DNA of 64,000 nucleotides from Dehalococcoidia bacterium (GTDB lineage: Bacteria; Chloroflexota; Dehalococcoidia; GIF9; UBA5629). Under the pieces are notes generated by a model, which ran no database searches, was not told the DNA's origin, and was given only the letters and a program-made list of their open reading frames with translations. The translations under genes were made by a program, and so were the position numbers. Positions 49,147-59,341 of this stretch are shown piece by piece. The first letter of the stretch is position 1, and every line of letters starts with the position of its first letter. The stretch covers positions 242,383 through 306,382 of the forward strand of contig JBEKIW010000003.1 in NCBI GenBank assembly GCA_050011565.1, given 5' to 3'.

Positions 49147-49962
49147 TTATGATACCATGCTGAATCCGCCGCTAACGCTGATGGTCTGACCTGTTATGTG
49201 CCTGGAAACGTCCGATGACAGGAAAACACACATTCTGGCCAAATCTATCGGTTCTCCCAAGCGGCGCATGGGATATACCTTTAACATTTCATCACGTCTC
49301 TTCTGAAATTCTTCCTCGCCCAGCTTTGCCTTCATGGCTTCGCTCGCCCGCAGGTTTCTTTCGGTCTGGGTAGCTCCTGCCGAAACGCCGTTAACATTTA
49401 TATTATGACGCCCTACTTCTCTGGCCAGGGCTTTTTGGAAGGCAATAATGCCGCCCTTTGCTGCCGAATAGGCAACCATGAACGGCTCACCTATCCTCCC
49501 CGCATCAGAAATCATATTCACAATCTTCCCATATTTCCTCTGAATCATGCCGGGAAGCACAGCCCGTGTGCAGTTGAAGACCCCGTAGAGGCAAAGGTTC
49601 ACGGTATAGTCCCAGTCCTCTTTTTCCGTTTCGGCAAACGGACGGGGAGTCTTACCTGCTTCCCAATTTATGCCGCGGCCGGCATTATTTATGAGTATAT
49701 CCACCTTGCTGAACTCCTCTATCACCTTCTTGACCATGGCGTTGACCTCTTCCGGACTATCCACAGCCGCCTTAACTGCTAAGGCTTTCACCCCGAGTGC
49801 TCTAGCCTCCTTAGCCACCCCCTCCGCTCTTGACAGGTCAATGTCGTTAACCACCACATCGGCGCCTTCACCGGCCAGTGTCAACACGGTCATTCGACCA
49901 ATACCTTCGCCTGAGCCGGTAACTATAGCCACTTTTCCTTTCAGGTCGAAATCCATAGCCAT
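49147..49962 (-). CDS. Short-chain dehydrogenase/reductase (3-hydroxyacyl-CoA dehydrogenase-like)
   Basis: TGSGEGIG, NNAG, YSAAKG, ITGQTISVSGG. Confidence 0.93.
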   Translation of the reverse strand: MAMDFDLKGKVAIVTGSGEGIGRMTVLTLAGEGADVVVNDIDLSRAEGVAKEARALGVKALAVKAAVDSPEEVNAMVKKVIEEFSKVDILINNAGRGINWEAGKTPRPFAETEKEDWDYTVNLCLYGVFNCTRAVLPGMIQRKYGKIVNMISDAGRIGEPFMVAYSAAKGGIIAFQKALAREVGRHNINVNGVSAGATQTERNLRASEAMKAKLGEEEFQKRRDEMLKVYPMRRLGEPIDLARMCVFLSSDVSRHITGQTISVSGGFSMVS

Positions 49963-49984
49963 TGCCTCCTTTCAGAAAGTGTAT

Positions 49985-51148
49985 TTATCTCAGTGCATTT
50001 ATGCCTGTAAGCTCACGCCCCACCACCAGCTTCTGTATCTGGGTAGTGCCGTCAGGAATAGTAAACGGCCTGGCATCCCTGTAATATCTCTCCAACCGGG
50101 CGTCGGTCTGAACCCCAACAGCTCCGTGAATCTGAATTGCCTTGTATGTTACCCGGTTCACCATCTCCGTATTAAAAGCCTTGGCCATAGAAACATATTT
50201 TCGTACCTCCCCCAGTGACAGGTTTTTATCGATGGCATTAAAGGCGCGATAAGCAAGGAAACGTCCGCAATCAATTTCGGTAACCATATCAACCAGCATC
50301 TCCTGAATCATCTGAAAGGAGGCAATAGGCTTACCGAACTGCTTCCTTTCCCTGGTATAGCTCAAGGAAGCATCGAACGCAGCCTGGGCAAGGCCGACAG
50401 CTCTGACGGAGAGACCGGCGCGGCCGTGATTAATTACTCTGGCAAACTCGGTATCTCCGGCTCCCAGGAGAAGATTATCCCCGGGAACACGACAGTCAGT
50501 AAAGTTGGTCTCTGAAAAGGAACTGCACCTCCACCCTATCTTATGCATCTCCCTGGTTTCATAAGGGGATTCGGCTCTATCTACGAAAATAGTGCCAACC
50601 CCCTCGACCCCTTTACCCCTGTCGAGCAGGCAGAGCACAGTAATATAATCGGAAACACAGCCATTGCTGGTCCATGTCTTTGTCCCATTAAGAACCCAGT
50701 AGTCACCTTCCAGAGTGGCTTTAAACTCGATGCCTCTGGGAGCAGCCGAGCCGACGTTAGGTTCCGATATTCCCGCACAGCCTAACATTTCCAGCGAAGC
50801 GATGCGCTTGGCATATTTCGCCCTAAGTTTATCGTTCATTCTGGAGGTATTAGCCTCTCCACCTCCGATGGTAGCAATAACCGAACTCAAACTGGGCCAC
50901 CAGTATCCCGATTCTTCCAGTAGCACCGCGTAGCTCGACCAGCTAAGGCCCATGCCTCCGTACTCCTCGGAGGAAGTGCCGGTTACGTAGCCTAAAGGCA
51001 GAAGCATGTTGAGGTAATGATGATATTCTTCCCTGGTAAACGTGTCCCCTTTTTCACGCTCGTCGACTATGGGGTCGATCTCTTTCTCCCAGAAATCGCG
51101 GGCATTTTTCTTAAGCATCTTCTGGTCTTCGGTAAACTCGAAGTCCAT
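49985..51148 (-). CDS. Acyl-CoA dehydrogenase
   Basis: ISEPNVGS, NGTKTWTSNG, RKQFGKPI, TIPDGTTQIQ. Confidence 0.92.
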   Translation of the reverse strand: MDFEFTEDQKMLKKNARDFWEKEIDPIVDEREKGDTFTREEYHHYLNMLLPLGYVTGTSSEEYGGMGLSWSSYAVLLEESGYWWPSLSSVIATIGGGEANTSRMNDKLRAKYAKRIASLEMLGCAGISEPNVGSAAPRGIEFKATLEGDYWVLNGTKTWTSNGCVSDYITVLCLLDRGKGVEGVGTIFVDRAESPYETREMHKIGWRCSSFSETNFTDCRVPGDNLLLGAGDTEFARVINHGRAGLSVRAVGLAQAAFDASLSYTRERKQFGKPIASFQMIQEMLVDMVTEIDCGRFLAYRAFNAIDKNLSLGEVRKYVSMAKAFNTEMVNRVTYKAIQIHGAVGVQTDARLERYYRDARPFTIPDGTTQIQKLVVGRELTGINALR

Positions 51149-51193
51149 CTATCTTACCTCCATTCTGTTTCATCTTCCTGCTGGTAAAAGAGA

Positions 51194-52342
51194 TTAAATA
51201 TCCCCTTTTCGCTGTAGCTCTTCAATTTCCGTTTTAGTATAACCGAGCCAGTCCAGAATCTCTTGAGTGTGTTCACCTAGCACAGGTGGTAGCCTCCTGA
51301 TTTGAGGCTGCGTTTCCGAAAACTTCGCCGGATAAGCTACCTGTTTTACCTTGTCGCCATTAGCATTCTCCACCTCGAGGAAAACGCCGCGCTGTAAAAG
51401 GTGGTCGTCGGCAACAACCTCCTCCAGGCTTAAAACAGGAGCGCAGGGAACGTCAGCTTCAGTCAGAACCTTAACCCATTCATCGCGCGTCTTAGCCAGC
51501 AGCGCCTTTTTGAGCACAGCCACCAGCTCGTCCCGCCTCTGCCACCTTTGCTCGCGTGGCATATCAGCAAATTCCGCCTTGCCTATACTATTACATAAAT
51601 TGCGCCAGAAGTAGTCCTCATGAGCAATGCTGAGAGTAAGGAACTTGCCGTCCTTAGTAGTAAATACCCCCATGGCCGGTTCTCCACCGGTTCGTCGGGG
51701 CGGCACACCGGTACTGAAGTAGCTTCCTAACGGAACGCTCAGCCAGGAGACCAACCCATCGGTCATGGAAACATCGATATATTGTCCGGACCCCAGTCTC
51801 TCGCGGGCAATTAGAGCGCTGAGTATGCTGATAGCAGCAAACATGCCTGCTGACAGGTCGGCTATGGTAATTCCCGGTAGCTGGGGGACGCCTTCGGAGT
51901 CTCTGGGAGTAAAATTCAATATGCCGGCAATTCCCTGATAACTGGAGTCATGCGCCGGCCAGTCCCGGTAAGGGCCGTCCTGGCCGTAGCCGGAAACAGA
52001 GCAGTAAACGACCTTAGGATTTATGCCCTTAATTGCGTTATAGCCTATGCCCAGTCGCTCAACTACGCCGGGCCTCATACATTCTATTATGACGTCGCAA
52101 TTCTTAGCTAACCTGTAACAGACCTCTTTGCCTCTTTCCGACTTCAGGTTAACGGTGAGACTGCGCTTGTTCCGGTTGGTAATCTCTAAGAAATGAGGTA
52201 AGACCCTGGCTGGATTGCCTGCGCCGGGGCGCTCCAGGATGATAACGTCTGCCCCCAGGTCTCCCAGTAACATGGAACAATAGGTTACCGGCAGCTTCTC
52301 TTCTACCGTTAAAACTCTTATACCCTGTAGCGCTAATGCCAT
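51194..52342 (-). CDS. Class III CoA-transferase / alpha-methylacyl-CoA racemase-like protein
   Basis: LGADVI, RNKRS, SGYGQDGP, PAHDSSY, IADLSAG. Confidence 0.88.
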   Translation of the reverse strand: MALALQGIRVLTVEEKLPVTYCSMLLGDLGADVIILERPGAGNPARVLPHFLEITNRNKRSLTVNLKSERGKEVCYRLAKNCDVIIECMRPGVVERLGIGYNAIKGINPKVVYCSVSGYGQDGPYRDWPAHDSSYQGIAGILNFTPRDSEGVPQLPGITIADLSAGMFAAISILSALIARERLGSGQYIDVSMTDGLVSWLSVPLGSYFSTGVPPRRTGGEPAMGVFTTKDGKFLTLSIAHEDYFWRNLCNSIGKAEFADMPREQRWQRRDELVAVLKKALLAKTRDEWVKVLTEADVPCAPVLSLEEVVADDHLLQRGVFLEVENANGDKVKQVAYPAKFSETQPQIRRLPPVLGEHTQEILDWLGYTKTEIEELQRKGDI

Positions 52343-52418
52343 CCCTTACCGCCTATCACCTTCGTCTGGGCGCCTTAAGACAGTCTCTTATGCAGCAATC
52401 TTGATAAAGAGAGGTAAC

Positions 52419-53651
52419 CTAGATTACACCCTCTGCCTCAAGCTTGCCCAAATCCTCACGGCTATAGCCTAAAAGCCCACCGTATATTTCCTCATTATGC
52501 TCCCCCTTTGCCGGGGATGGGCGCTCTATCTTCGGGGGTGTAGCTGACATCTGCAGCGGAGGATTGCAAACTAGAAACTTTAGCCCCCCAGGGCCGGGTA
52601 CTTCTGTTAGCATCCCCGTTTCCTTAATATGTGGGTCGTTAGCTACCTCGGTTATGTCATAGCAGATGCCGCAGGGGATGGGTATTTTCTGCGCCTCAGC
52701 AAATACCTCTTCAGCAGTTTGGGAAGCTACCCATTCGGTAACTACCGGGTAGGTAATATCGCGGTTCAACCAGCGGTCCCAATCATTTTGCAACCTGGGG
52801 TCGGTAGCCAGGTCCTCTCTGCCGATGAACCGGCAAAACCTGCGCCACATTCGATTGCCCAGCATGCTGATGTATACCCATCTTCCGTCTTTGGCCTGGA
52901 AGGTGTTGGAAGGTCCTATTCCGTAGGGCTGATTACCCGCCCTCTCGTGAGGCAGGCCGGCTGTTTCCCATGCTGATATATACCCTCCCGCATACTGAAG
53001 AGCCGTCCTCAGCAGTGCCGTCTCAATCATCTGCCCCTCACCGGTCTTTTGCCGGTGATAAAGTGCCGTCACTATGCCGATAGTGGTCAGCATCGCCGTG
53101 CCGAAGTCCACGGTGGATATGGCATCGCGCATTGGCGGTCCGGGTGACCCGCTTAACAACATTATTCCGGCCAGTGCCTTGGCAACCGGGTCATAGCCGA
53201 CACGGTTCTTATACGGACCGCTGCTACCGAAGCCGGTTACATGGGCAAAGATTATATCAGGCTTGATTTTTTTAAAGTTATCGTAAGTAATGCCCATATC
53301 CTCAGCGGCACGAATGCTAAAGTTATGGACGGCCACATCGCAATGCCTTACCAGTTCCTTCAAAATCTCCCTGGCTTTAACATTTTTCTCTTTCCGGCCC
53401 ATATAATTAAGTGAGATAGCCTTCTTGTTGCGGTGTAAATAGGCGTAGCCCCACACATCGCCATAAGGTGTCAGGCGCTCCGGATACTTCTGCTTAAACG
53501 TTTGCCAGTCTTCCGGGCGTCTGTCTTCTATATCGCAGGGCTCGACTCTGATAACCTCGGCACCTAAATCAGCCAGAAGCGTAGCACTGTAAGGCCCGGC
53601 TAGCACGCGTCCTAAATCAAGTACCCTGACACCTTCTAATGCTCCTGCCAT
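52419..53651 (-). CDS. Class III CoA-transferase
   Basis: LEGVRVLDL..VLAGP, RNKK, GFGSSGP, VGYD, TVDFGTA. Confidence 0.92.
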   Translation of the reverse strand: MAGALEGVRVLDLGRVLAGPYSATLLADLGAEVIRVEPCDIEDRRPEDWQTFKQKYPERLTPYGDVWGYAYLHRNKKAISLNYMGRKEKNVKAREILKELVRHCDVAVHNFSIRAAEDMGITYDNFKKIKPDIIFAHVTGFGSSGPYKNRVGYDPVAKALAGIMLLSGSPGPPMRDAISTVDFGTAMLTTIGIVTALYHRQKTGEGQMIETALLRTALQYAGGYISAWETAGLPHERAGNQPYGIGPSNTFQAKDGRWVYISMLGNRMWRRFCRFIGREDLATDPRLQNDWDRWLNRDITYPVVTEWVASQTAEEVFAEAQKIPIPCGICYDITEVANDPHIKETGMLTEVPGPGGLKFLVCNPPLQMSATPPKIERPSPAKGEHNEEIYGGLLGYSREDLGKLEAEGVI

Positions 53652-53816
53652 TTCAAGAACCGCCTTCCAGTTTGCTTCTGCTTAATAGGTATCTGCCGCA
53701 GGATATTTTACCACTTCTTGAGTTAGAGTTGCCTGTATGATAGAGGGAATTATCCTGATTGCTATCAGGGTCTTGCCTATATATAATAATTCTTATCAAC
53801 AGGAAAGGAGATTTCT

Positions 53817-54350
53817 ATGGGTGAAATAGACCTTAGCACTGCGATAGAATTGAGTTCGCCATATCCATACACATTGGTCGTCACCGTGGACAAACAGGGT
53901 AAACCAAACGTCATGGGCGCTGCCTGGTGGACCTTCACATCCGTGCAGCCGCCGATGATAGCTATCTCCATCGGTCATCCCCGGTATACTCACGAATGTC
54001 TGCAAAGTTGTAAAGAGTTTGTGCTTTGCTTTCCGTCGCAGGAGCAGGCTAAGCCCGCCTGGTTCTGCGGAACTAAGTCTGGGCGAGCCATGGATAAATT
54101 CGCCGCCGCCGGGCTCAAGGCAGCTCCTGCCAAAGTGGTCAAACCGCCAATTATCGAGGGGGTTACCGTAGCCTATGAGTGTAAGGTGGTAGCCGAGCTG
54201 GTATGCGGCGACCATACTCTTTTTAGCGGTGAGGTTGCCGCCATACATGGTGACCCTCAAAAGGCGAAGCACATCTACTCCGTTCACTACAGAAAGCTGG
54301 TGAGTATCGACTGGCAGGGTGCAGTCGATTTCAACCTGGAATACAAATAG
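53817..54350 (+). CDS. Flavin reductase family protein
   Basis: LVVT...PNVM, SVQPP, CGTKSGR..DKF, GDHTLFSGEV. Confidence 0.9.
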   Translation: MGEIDLSTAIELSSPYPYTLVVTVDKQGKPNVMGAAWWTFTSVQPPMIAISIGHPRYTHECLQSCKEFVLCFPSQEQAKPAWFCGTKSGRAMDKFAAAGLKAAPAKVVKPPIIEGVTVAYECKVVAELVCGDHTLFSGEVAAIHGDPQKAKHIYSVHYRKLVSIDWQGAVDFNLEYK

Positions 54351-54503
54351 GTTGCTCAATTTACCCATGTGAATACCCCCCAACATACACTGAGGCAGTC
54401 CATTCCTAAAGATACACTAAATATTAGGCTGCCTTGTGACCAAGCCACCGAGCTTCATTGGGATTGAACTCAAAATTGGTAATGTGTTGCCGGAGCTTCG
54501 ACC

Positions 54504-54558
54504 TTGACATATGAACTCCCATAAAGTAATATAAGTATATTAGCAAGGACTTATATTA
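54504..54558 (+). promoter_or_regulatory. Promoter with ArsR-type operator
   Basis: TTGACA at 54504; perfect inverted repeat TAATATAAGT (54527-54536) / ACTTATATTA (54549-54558) ending at the start codon. Confidence 0.65.
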
Positions 54559-54966
54559 ATGGAGAGCCAAGATAGGTTTCCGGAAAACACCATCGAACAG
54601 GCAGCGGTTTTTAGAGCACTGGCTGACCCCACCCGTCTCAAGCTATTGAAGCTCCTCTGCGGCCAGCGTACTCCGGATGCACTTTGTGTCAATGCCCTGG
54701 CTGCGTTACTAGGGGTGACCCAGTCTGCGGTCTCTCAGCACCTGCGAGTGCTGAGAGCCATCGGGCTGGTGAAAGGCGAAAGGCGAGGCTACCATATCCA
54801 CTACTTTATAAACCGCGACGTGCTTGAGAAATGTCGTAAGCTTACGACGGCTTCTCTAAGTAGCGCGGAGCCGGACAAGGAGGAATCATGTCAGAAATAC
54901 TGTCCGGAGAGAAAGAGGAAACATGCGTCAGAGGAACGCATTGCCGAGCCCGGAGAAGGTAGCTAG
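54559..54966 (+). CDS. ArsR/SmtB family transcriptional regulator
   Basis: FRALADPTRL, LCV, SAVSQHLRVL...GLV. Confidence 0.92.
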   Translation: MESQDRFPENTIEQAAVFRALADPTRLKLLKLLCGQRTPDALCVNALAALLGVTQSAVSQHLRVLRAIGLVKGERRGYHIHYFINRDVLEKCRKLTTASLSSAEPDKEESCQKYCPERKRKHASEERIAEPGEGS

Positions 54967-54968
54967 AC

Positions 54969-55919
54969 ATGCCGGATATAATGCCGATCGACAGCGCGGC
55001 AATCGAGGTACGCAATCTTACCAAGCGCTATGGGGCAGTCACTGCGGTTGACAAAATCAGCTTTGCAGTTGGGACAGGTGAGTTCTTCGGCTTCCTCGGT
55101 CCCAACGGTGCCGGGAAGACAACTACCATAAGGATGCTCACCGGGGTCATCGAAGCAGACGAGGGCATTGCCCTGCTTAAAGGCTCCGGAGTTGGGAGTC
55201 TGAAGGCGAAACAGATGGCTGGAGTTGTCCCGGAGATGGCAAATGCTTACGTCGATCTCTCGGGCTGGGACAACCTGATGCTTATGGCCGAACTTTATGG
55301 TGTCTCCTCCAGTGAGGCAAAGGAAAGAAGCCAAGCCCTATTGGAATCTCTGGGACTTATCGAGCGGAAAGATAGCCTGGTCAAGACATATTCCAAGGGG
55401 ATGAAGCAGCGGCTCATCCTAGGTATGGCTCTCGTGAGTAACCCCGACATACTCTTCCTGGACGAGCCCACCTCTGGATTGGATGTTCAGAGCACTCGCC
55501 TGATTAAAGAACTGCTACGCAGCCTGAATGGTGGAGGAAAAACTATCTTTCTCACCACCCACGACATGGATGAAGCCAACCAACTCTGCGACCGAGTAGC
55601 TATTATCAACAAGGGCAAAATAGTTGCCATTGATGCCCCGGAGAAACTGAGAATGGCTACTAGCGGCCGGCATTCTGTTGAAATTAGCTTTAATGAGAGT
55701 GTAAATCTGGAGAGTCTGGCACAGCTCCCTGGAGTGAAAGAATTTGAAAAGGTCGGTGACAAGTACCGTCTCTATACGGATAACCCGAGTGAGCTTGTGA
55801 TAACACTAGTCAACTATTCCTCCGCTGCTGGCCTTAAGATAGTTACCCTCAATACGTTGGCCCCTTCTTTAGAAGATGCATTTGTAGCATTGACCGGCAT
55901 GGAGGCAAGGCATGTTTGA
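54969..55919 (+). CDS. ABC-2 type (DrrA-like) exporter ATPase
   Basis: GPNGAGKTT, YSKGMKQR, LDEPTSGLD, TTHDMDEA, LEDAF. Confidence 0.93.
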   Translation: MPDIMPIDSAAIEVRNLTKRYGAVTAVDKISFAVGTGEFFGFLGPNGAGKTTTIRMLTGVIEADEGIALLKGSGVGSLKAKQMAGVVPEMANAYVDLSGWDNLMLMAELYGVSSSEAKERSQALLESLGLIERKDSLVKTYSKGMKQRLILGMALVSNPDILFLDEPTSGLDVQSTRLIKELLRSLNGGGKTIFLTTHDMDEANQLCDRVAIINKGKIVAIDAPEKLRMATSGRHSVEISFNESVNLESLAQLPGVKEFEKVGDKYRLYTDNPSELVITLVNYSSAAGLKIVTLNTLAPSLEDAFVALTGMEARHV

Positions 55920-56667
55920 GCTAGCTACGGCATGGCAGCAGTTTCGTCGTGCACTGGTAATAGCAGGCAAGGATATCCGTATCTACTACTCCAAGGGGCC
56001 GGTAATAATCTTTGGAGTTCTATTCCCCATTTTTCTATTTCTGTCTTTTACCATTGGCAGGCATGTGACCGTTGAATTTATGATACCTGGACTTTTGGGA
56101 ATGATTCTGTTCTTCACTGCGACCTCAATCTCACCGATAGTCATGCCGTGGGAAGCACAGGCAAGAACGTTAGAGCGGCTGATGTCCTGTCCGATAAAAC
56201 CGGAAACCATAGTCATGGGGGACATAATTGCCTCTTTCGCCTTCGGGGCAGCCATATCAATTGTGCCCGTGATTATTGGCCTTGTCATGGGAATAACAAT
56301 ATCAAACCCGATGATTCTTGCGTTAGCGATTATTCTAGCGGCTATTTGTTTTGCTGCTCTCGGTATTATATTCTCAATTCCACCTACCAATATACCTGCT
56401 ACAATAAATATGATTGCCTCAGTGGTCAAATTCCCGGTGGTCTTTATCAGTGGGATTTTTATCTCGTTGAATGAACTGCCTGTCTGGGGACAGTGGATTG
56501 CCTATATATCACCTCTAACCTACTTCACTGACATTGCCCGTAATTATATTCAGGGCCAGGGATACCTGCCACCTGTTATTGACTTCGCTGCCCTGACAGG
56601 TTTTACTGTCGTTTTTCTTCTGGTAGCTATATACATGCACAGGAAGACAATGCCAATGAGAATATGA
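55912..56667 (+). CDS. ABC-2 type exporter permease
   Basis: Six TM segments, TLERL, FISGIF, SPLTY. Confidence 0.9.
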   Translation: MFELATAWQQFRRALVIAGKDIRIYYSKGPVIIFGVLFPIFLFLSFTIGRHVTVEFMIPGLLGMILFFTATSISPIVMPWEAQARTLERLMSCPIKPETIVMGDIIASFAFGAAISIVPVIIGLVMGITISNPMILALAIILAAICFAALGIIFSIPPTNIPATINMIASVVKFPVVFISGIFISLNELPVWGQWIAYISPLTYFTDIARNYIQGQGYLPPVIDFAALTGFTVVFLLVAIYMHRKTMPMRI

Positions 56668-56824
56668 TGTGAAAAAATGCATAAATCGGACGTAACTAAC
56701 GATTTTTTACAAAAAATTCACATCATCTTCGTCAAATCTTCAAAAAATCTTGATATATGAACTATAGGGTCTTAACATTACAGCAGAAATCTATGCGCTG
56801 TTATTATTAAATAGAGTCAGGTAA

Positions 56825-58114
56825 ATGTTTTATTACGCTATAAAAGAGCTGTTGAAAAGGAAAAAGTTATACTTGCTCAATGTCATGACTATCGGCTTGG
56901 TCACGTTGATGGTCATCACCTTGAACAGTCTGGCAACTGCCTATAGAGAAGCAGCTAGATTACCATTCGAGGATATTCAAGGAAACATTATCATACAGAG
57001 AAATGGGAATGTTCCTGAGACTACATCAGGAGTTTTATTATCATGTTCGCTGGCACCGATCCCACAGGTGTTAGTATCCCAAATAATCAATATTGATGGA
57101 GTAAAAGATGTTTCCGCCGCTCTTTCGCTATGGGTTTTCGATCCGGATAATTTCAAACGCGTTTCAGGAGTCGATTTCCATGACAACTTCGGCAAAAAGC
57201 TGGCCGCTAAATTGATTGATGGTTCCATCCCCAACACAGATAACCAAATACTCGTCGAAAAGACCTATGCCCAAAAATATCCACTTGAAGTAGGCCAGGA
57301 AACTACTATATCAGGCCAGCATTTTACAGTCACTGGAATTGTAGGCACCGCTGGGAACGAGGTTATGGCATCTGATATTTATCTCAATTTAGGAGCGGCT
57401 CAAGAAATGGCCTATCAATCAAAAAACCTGCAGCAGGTGGAGACCTTCAATAAGACAGATGTGAATGTAATATTTGTTAATGTCAGCCAACCTGACCTGA
57501 AAACCATAGCACAGAATATAAAAGAAATTGTAACAGACTCAGGTATAAATACGGGGAAAACACCCTTAGGCGAGACCATCGGCAGTTACAATATCTACAC
57601 ACCGGAATCGTTCGAGAATCAAATATCAACAGTTTTCCGCATATCGGATAAATTAACATGGGTCATTTCCCTGATACTTTTTATTGGAGCTGCGATTATA
57701 GTTGCCAGAAACGCACTGCGTATTATCCTGGAAAGAAGAAGAGAATTCGGTATCATGAAAACTGTCGGTTTCAGAAATCGGGATATACAAAGTGAAGTGA
57801 ACTTAGAAACCTTTATTCAGATTGTTGCCGGTTTTTTTGCGGGTCTTATTCTATCAGCAATCGCAGTCGTCACCTTGAGCCATACCACGGTATCTATAGC
57901 CATACCCTGGGAATTAACTGCCTATCCTCATTTTCTGCTCAGTAACCCCAGCGAAGCAAATGTCACTCAAATGCATTTCCTTCCAATTAGACTAGAACCG
58001 TTATATGTATTTGCGTCATTGGCAATCATCATGGTTGTGGGGCTGGCCACTTCATTCCTAAGCGTTTGGCAGATAAATAAACTCAAACCCATGGAGGTGA
58101 TGAGACATGAATAA
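56825..58114 (+). CDS. MacB/FtsX-like ABC permease
   Basis: N-terminal TM, large extracytoplasmic domain, ERRREFGIMKTVG, KPMEV. Confidence 0.9.
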   Translation: MFYYAIKELLKRKKLYLLNVMTIGLVTLMVITLNSLATAYREAARLPFEDIQGNIIIQRNGNVPETTSGVLLSCSLAPIPQVLVSQIINIDGVKDVSAALSLWVFDPDNFKRVSGVDFHDNFGKKLAAKLIDGSIPNTDNQILVEKTYAQKYPLEVGQETTISGQHFTVTGIVGTAGNEVMASDIYLNLGAAQEMAYQSKNLQQVETFNKTDVNVIFVNVSQPDLKTIAQNIKEIVTDSGINTGKTPLGETIGSYNIYTPESFENQISTVFRISDKLTWVISLILFIGAAIIVARNALRIILERRREFGIMKTVGFRNRDIQSEVNLETFIQIVAGFFAGLILSAIAVVTLSHTTVSIAIPWELTAYPHFLLSNPSEANVTQMHFLPIRLEPLYVFASLAIIMVVGLATSFLSVWQINKLKPMEVMRHE

Positions 58115-58775
58115 TATTGTTACCGTGAATCAACTGACGAAAACCCTGGGTAATATCAGAATTATTGATCACGTATCCTTCAATATAGAAAAAGGTGAAT
58201 TTCTCGCTGTGCAGGGTCCATCCGGCTCTGGAAAAACTACCCTGATTGGCCTTTTAGCCGGCCTGGAAAAGGCAGACGAGGGTAACATTGTAATTGATGA
58301 TAACGAATTGACTTCGATGACCGAGGATGAACTGGCAATATTCCGCAGGTACAATGTCGGTTTCGTTTTTCAATCTTTCAACCTTATACCTACGCTCAAC
58401 GTAGTAGAGAATATCGCTCTGCCACTGTTCCCGGAGCATATATCCAGGAATGATATGTTTGAGCGGGCTCGAAAAGTGGCAAAGACTGTTGGGCTAACCG
58501 AAAGGTTGGACCATTATCCCAACGAGCTTTCTGGAGGTGAGCAGCAAAGGGTGGCAGTAGCCAGGTCATTGATAAATGAGCCTAAACTCATTTTTGCCGA
58601 TGAACCCACCGGTAACCTTGATAGTAAGACCGGTCAGATGATAATTGAACTACTGCGTAAACTGAATAGTGAAAGGGGGCAAACGGTGGTATTGGTGACA
58701 CATGACGACAGGATAGCTAAAGAATCTGACCGCATAATCAAACTCTTAGACGGGAGAATAGCTTATGAGAATTAG
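58107..58775 (+). CDS. LolD/MacB-type ABC ATPase
   Basis: [40 protein letters not shown]. Confidence 0.95.
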   Translation: MNNIVTVNQLTKTLGNIRIIDHVSFNIEKGEFLAVQGPSGSGKTTLIGLLAGLEKADEGNIVIDDNELTSMTEDELAIFRRYNVGFVFQSFNLIPTLNVVENIALPLFPEHISRNDMFERARKVAKTVGLTERLDHYPNELSGGEQQRVAVARSLINEPKLIFADEPTGNLDSKTGQMIIELLRKLNSERGQTVVLVTHDDRIAKESDRIIKLLDGRIAYEN

Positions 58776-59286
58776 ACCGGCCGGTTTCACAGCGGTGCTT
58801 TTGTTAGGTACCCTGATAATAGGCTTTTTGTCTTCGACCGGGTGCTCCTCGGAATCTTCTGCCGGCGAGACTACTCAATCTCAATTAGAAACAAGTCTAT
58901 CAGACAATAAAGAATCTACATCAATCCCGTCTACAACAACACAGCCTCCCACAGAAGTCAGTTCACCCACAGTTCCAACAAGTCCTGTTAGCATTGTCAT
59001 TGCCGGATACATCAATCATGGCCCTATGCAACCGACAGTCCGTGCCATCAAGGAAGTACTTACCAAATACGATGATAAGGTCGCTGTCACCTGGATTGAC
59101 TTAGGCACAACGCAAGGAGAGAGTTATTTCCAGGACCACGGACTTACTGCACACATGAATGTCATAATAAACGGTACGTCAATATACCAGGTCGATGGCA
59201 AAACCGTAGATTTTGAGTGGTTCGAAGGCCAGCAATGGACTGAAAAAGACCTGGACACAGTATTGGCGAACCTAGTTAGCAAGTAA
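58765..59286 (+). CDS. Lipoprotein with Ser/Thr-rich linker and a small thioredoxin-like domain
   Basis: Lipobox STGC, S/T/P-rich linker, beta-NHGP-helix pattern. Confidence 0.65.
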   Translation: MRIRPAGFTAVLLLGTLIIGFLSSTGCSSESSAGETTQSQLETSLSDNKESTSIPSTTTQPPTEVSSPTVPTSPVSIVIAGYINHGPMQPTVRAIKEVLTKYDDKVAVTWIDLGTTQGESYFQDHGLTAHMNVIINGTSIYQVDGKTVDFEWFEGQQWTEKDLDTVLANLVSK

Positions 59287-59341
59287 TCACAAATTAACTA
59301 AATTAGTTACGAATTGTGATTGTCAAGGAATTTAAACGTAG

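Noticed and set aside
53796-54386. 196-aa minus-strand ORF
   Set aside because: Antisense to a well-supported flavin reductase and has no recognisable motifs
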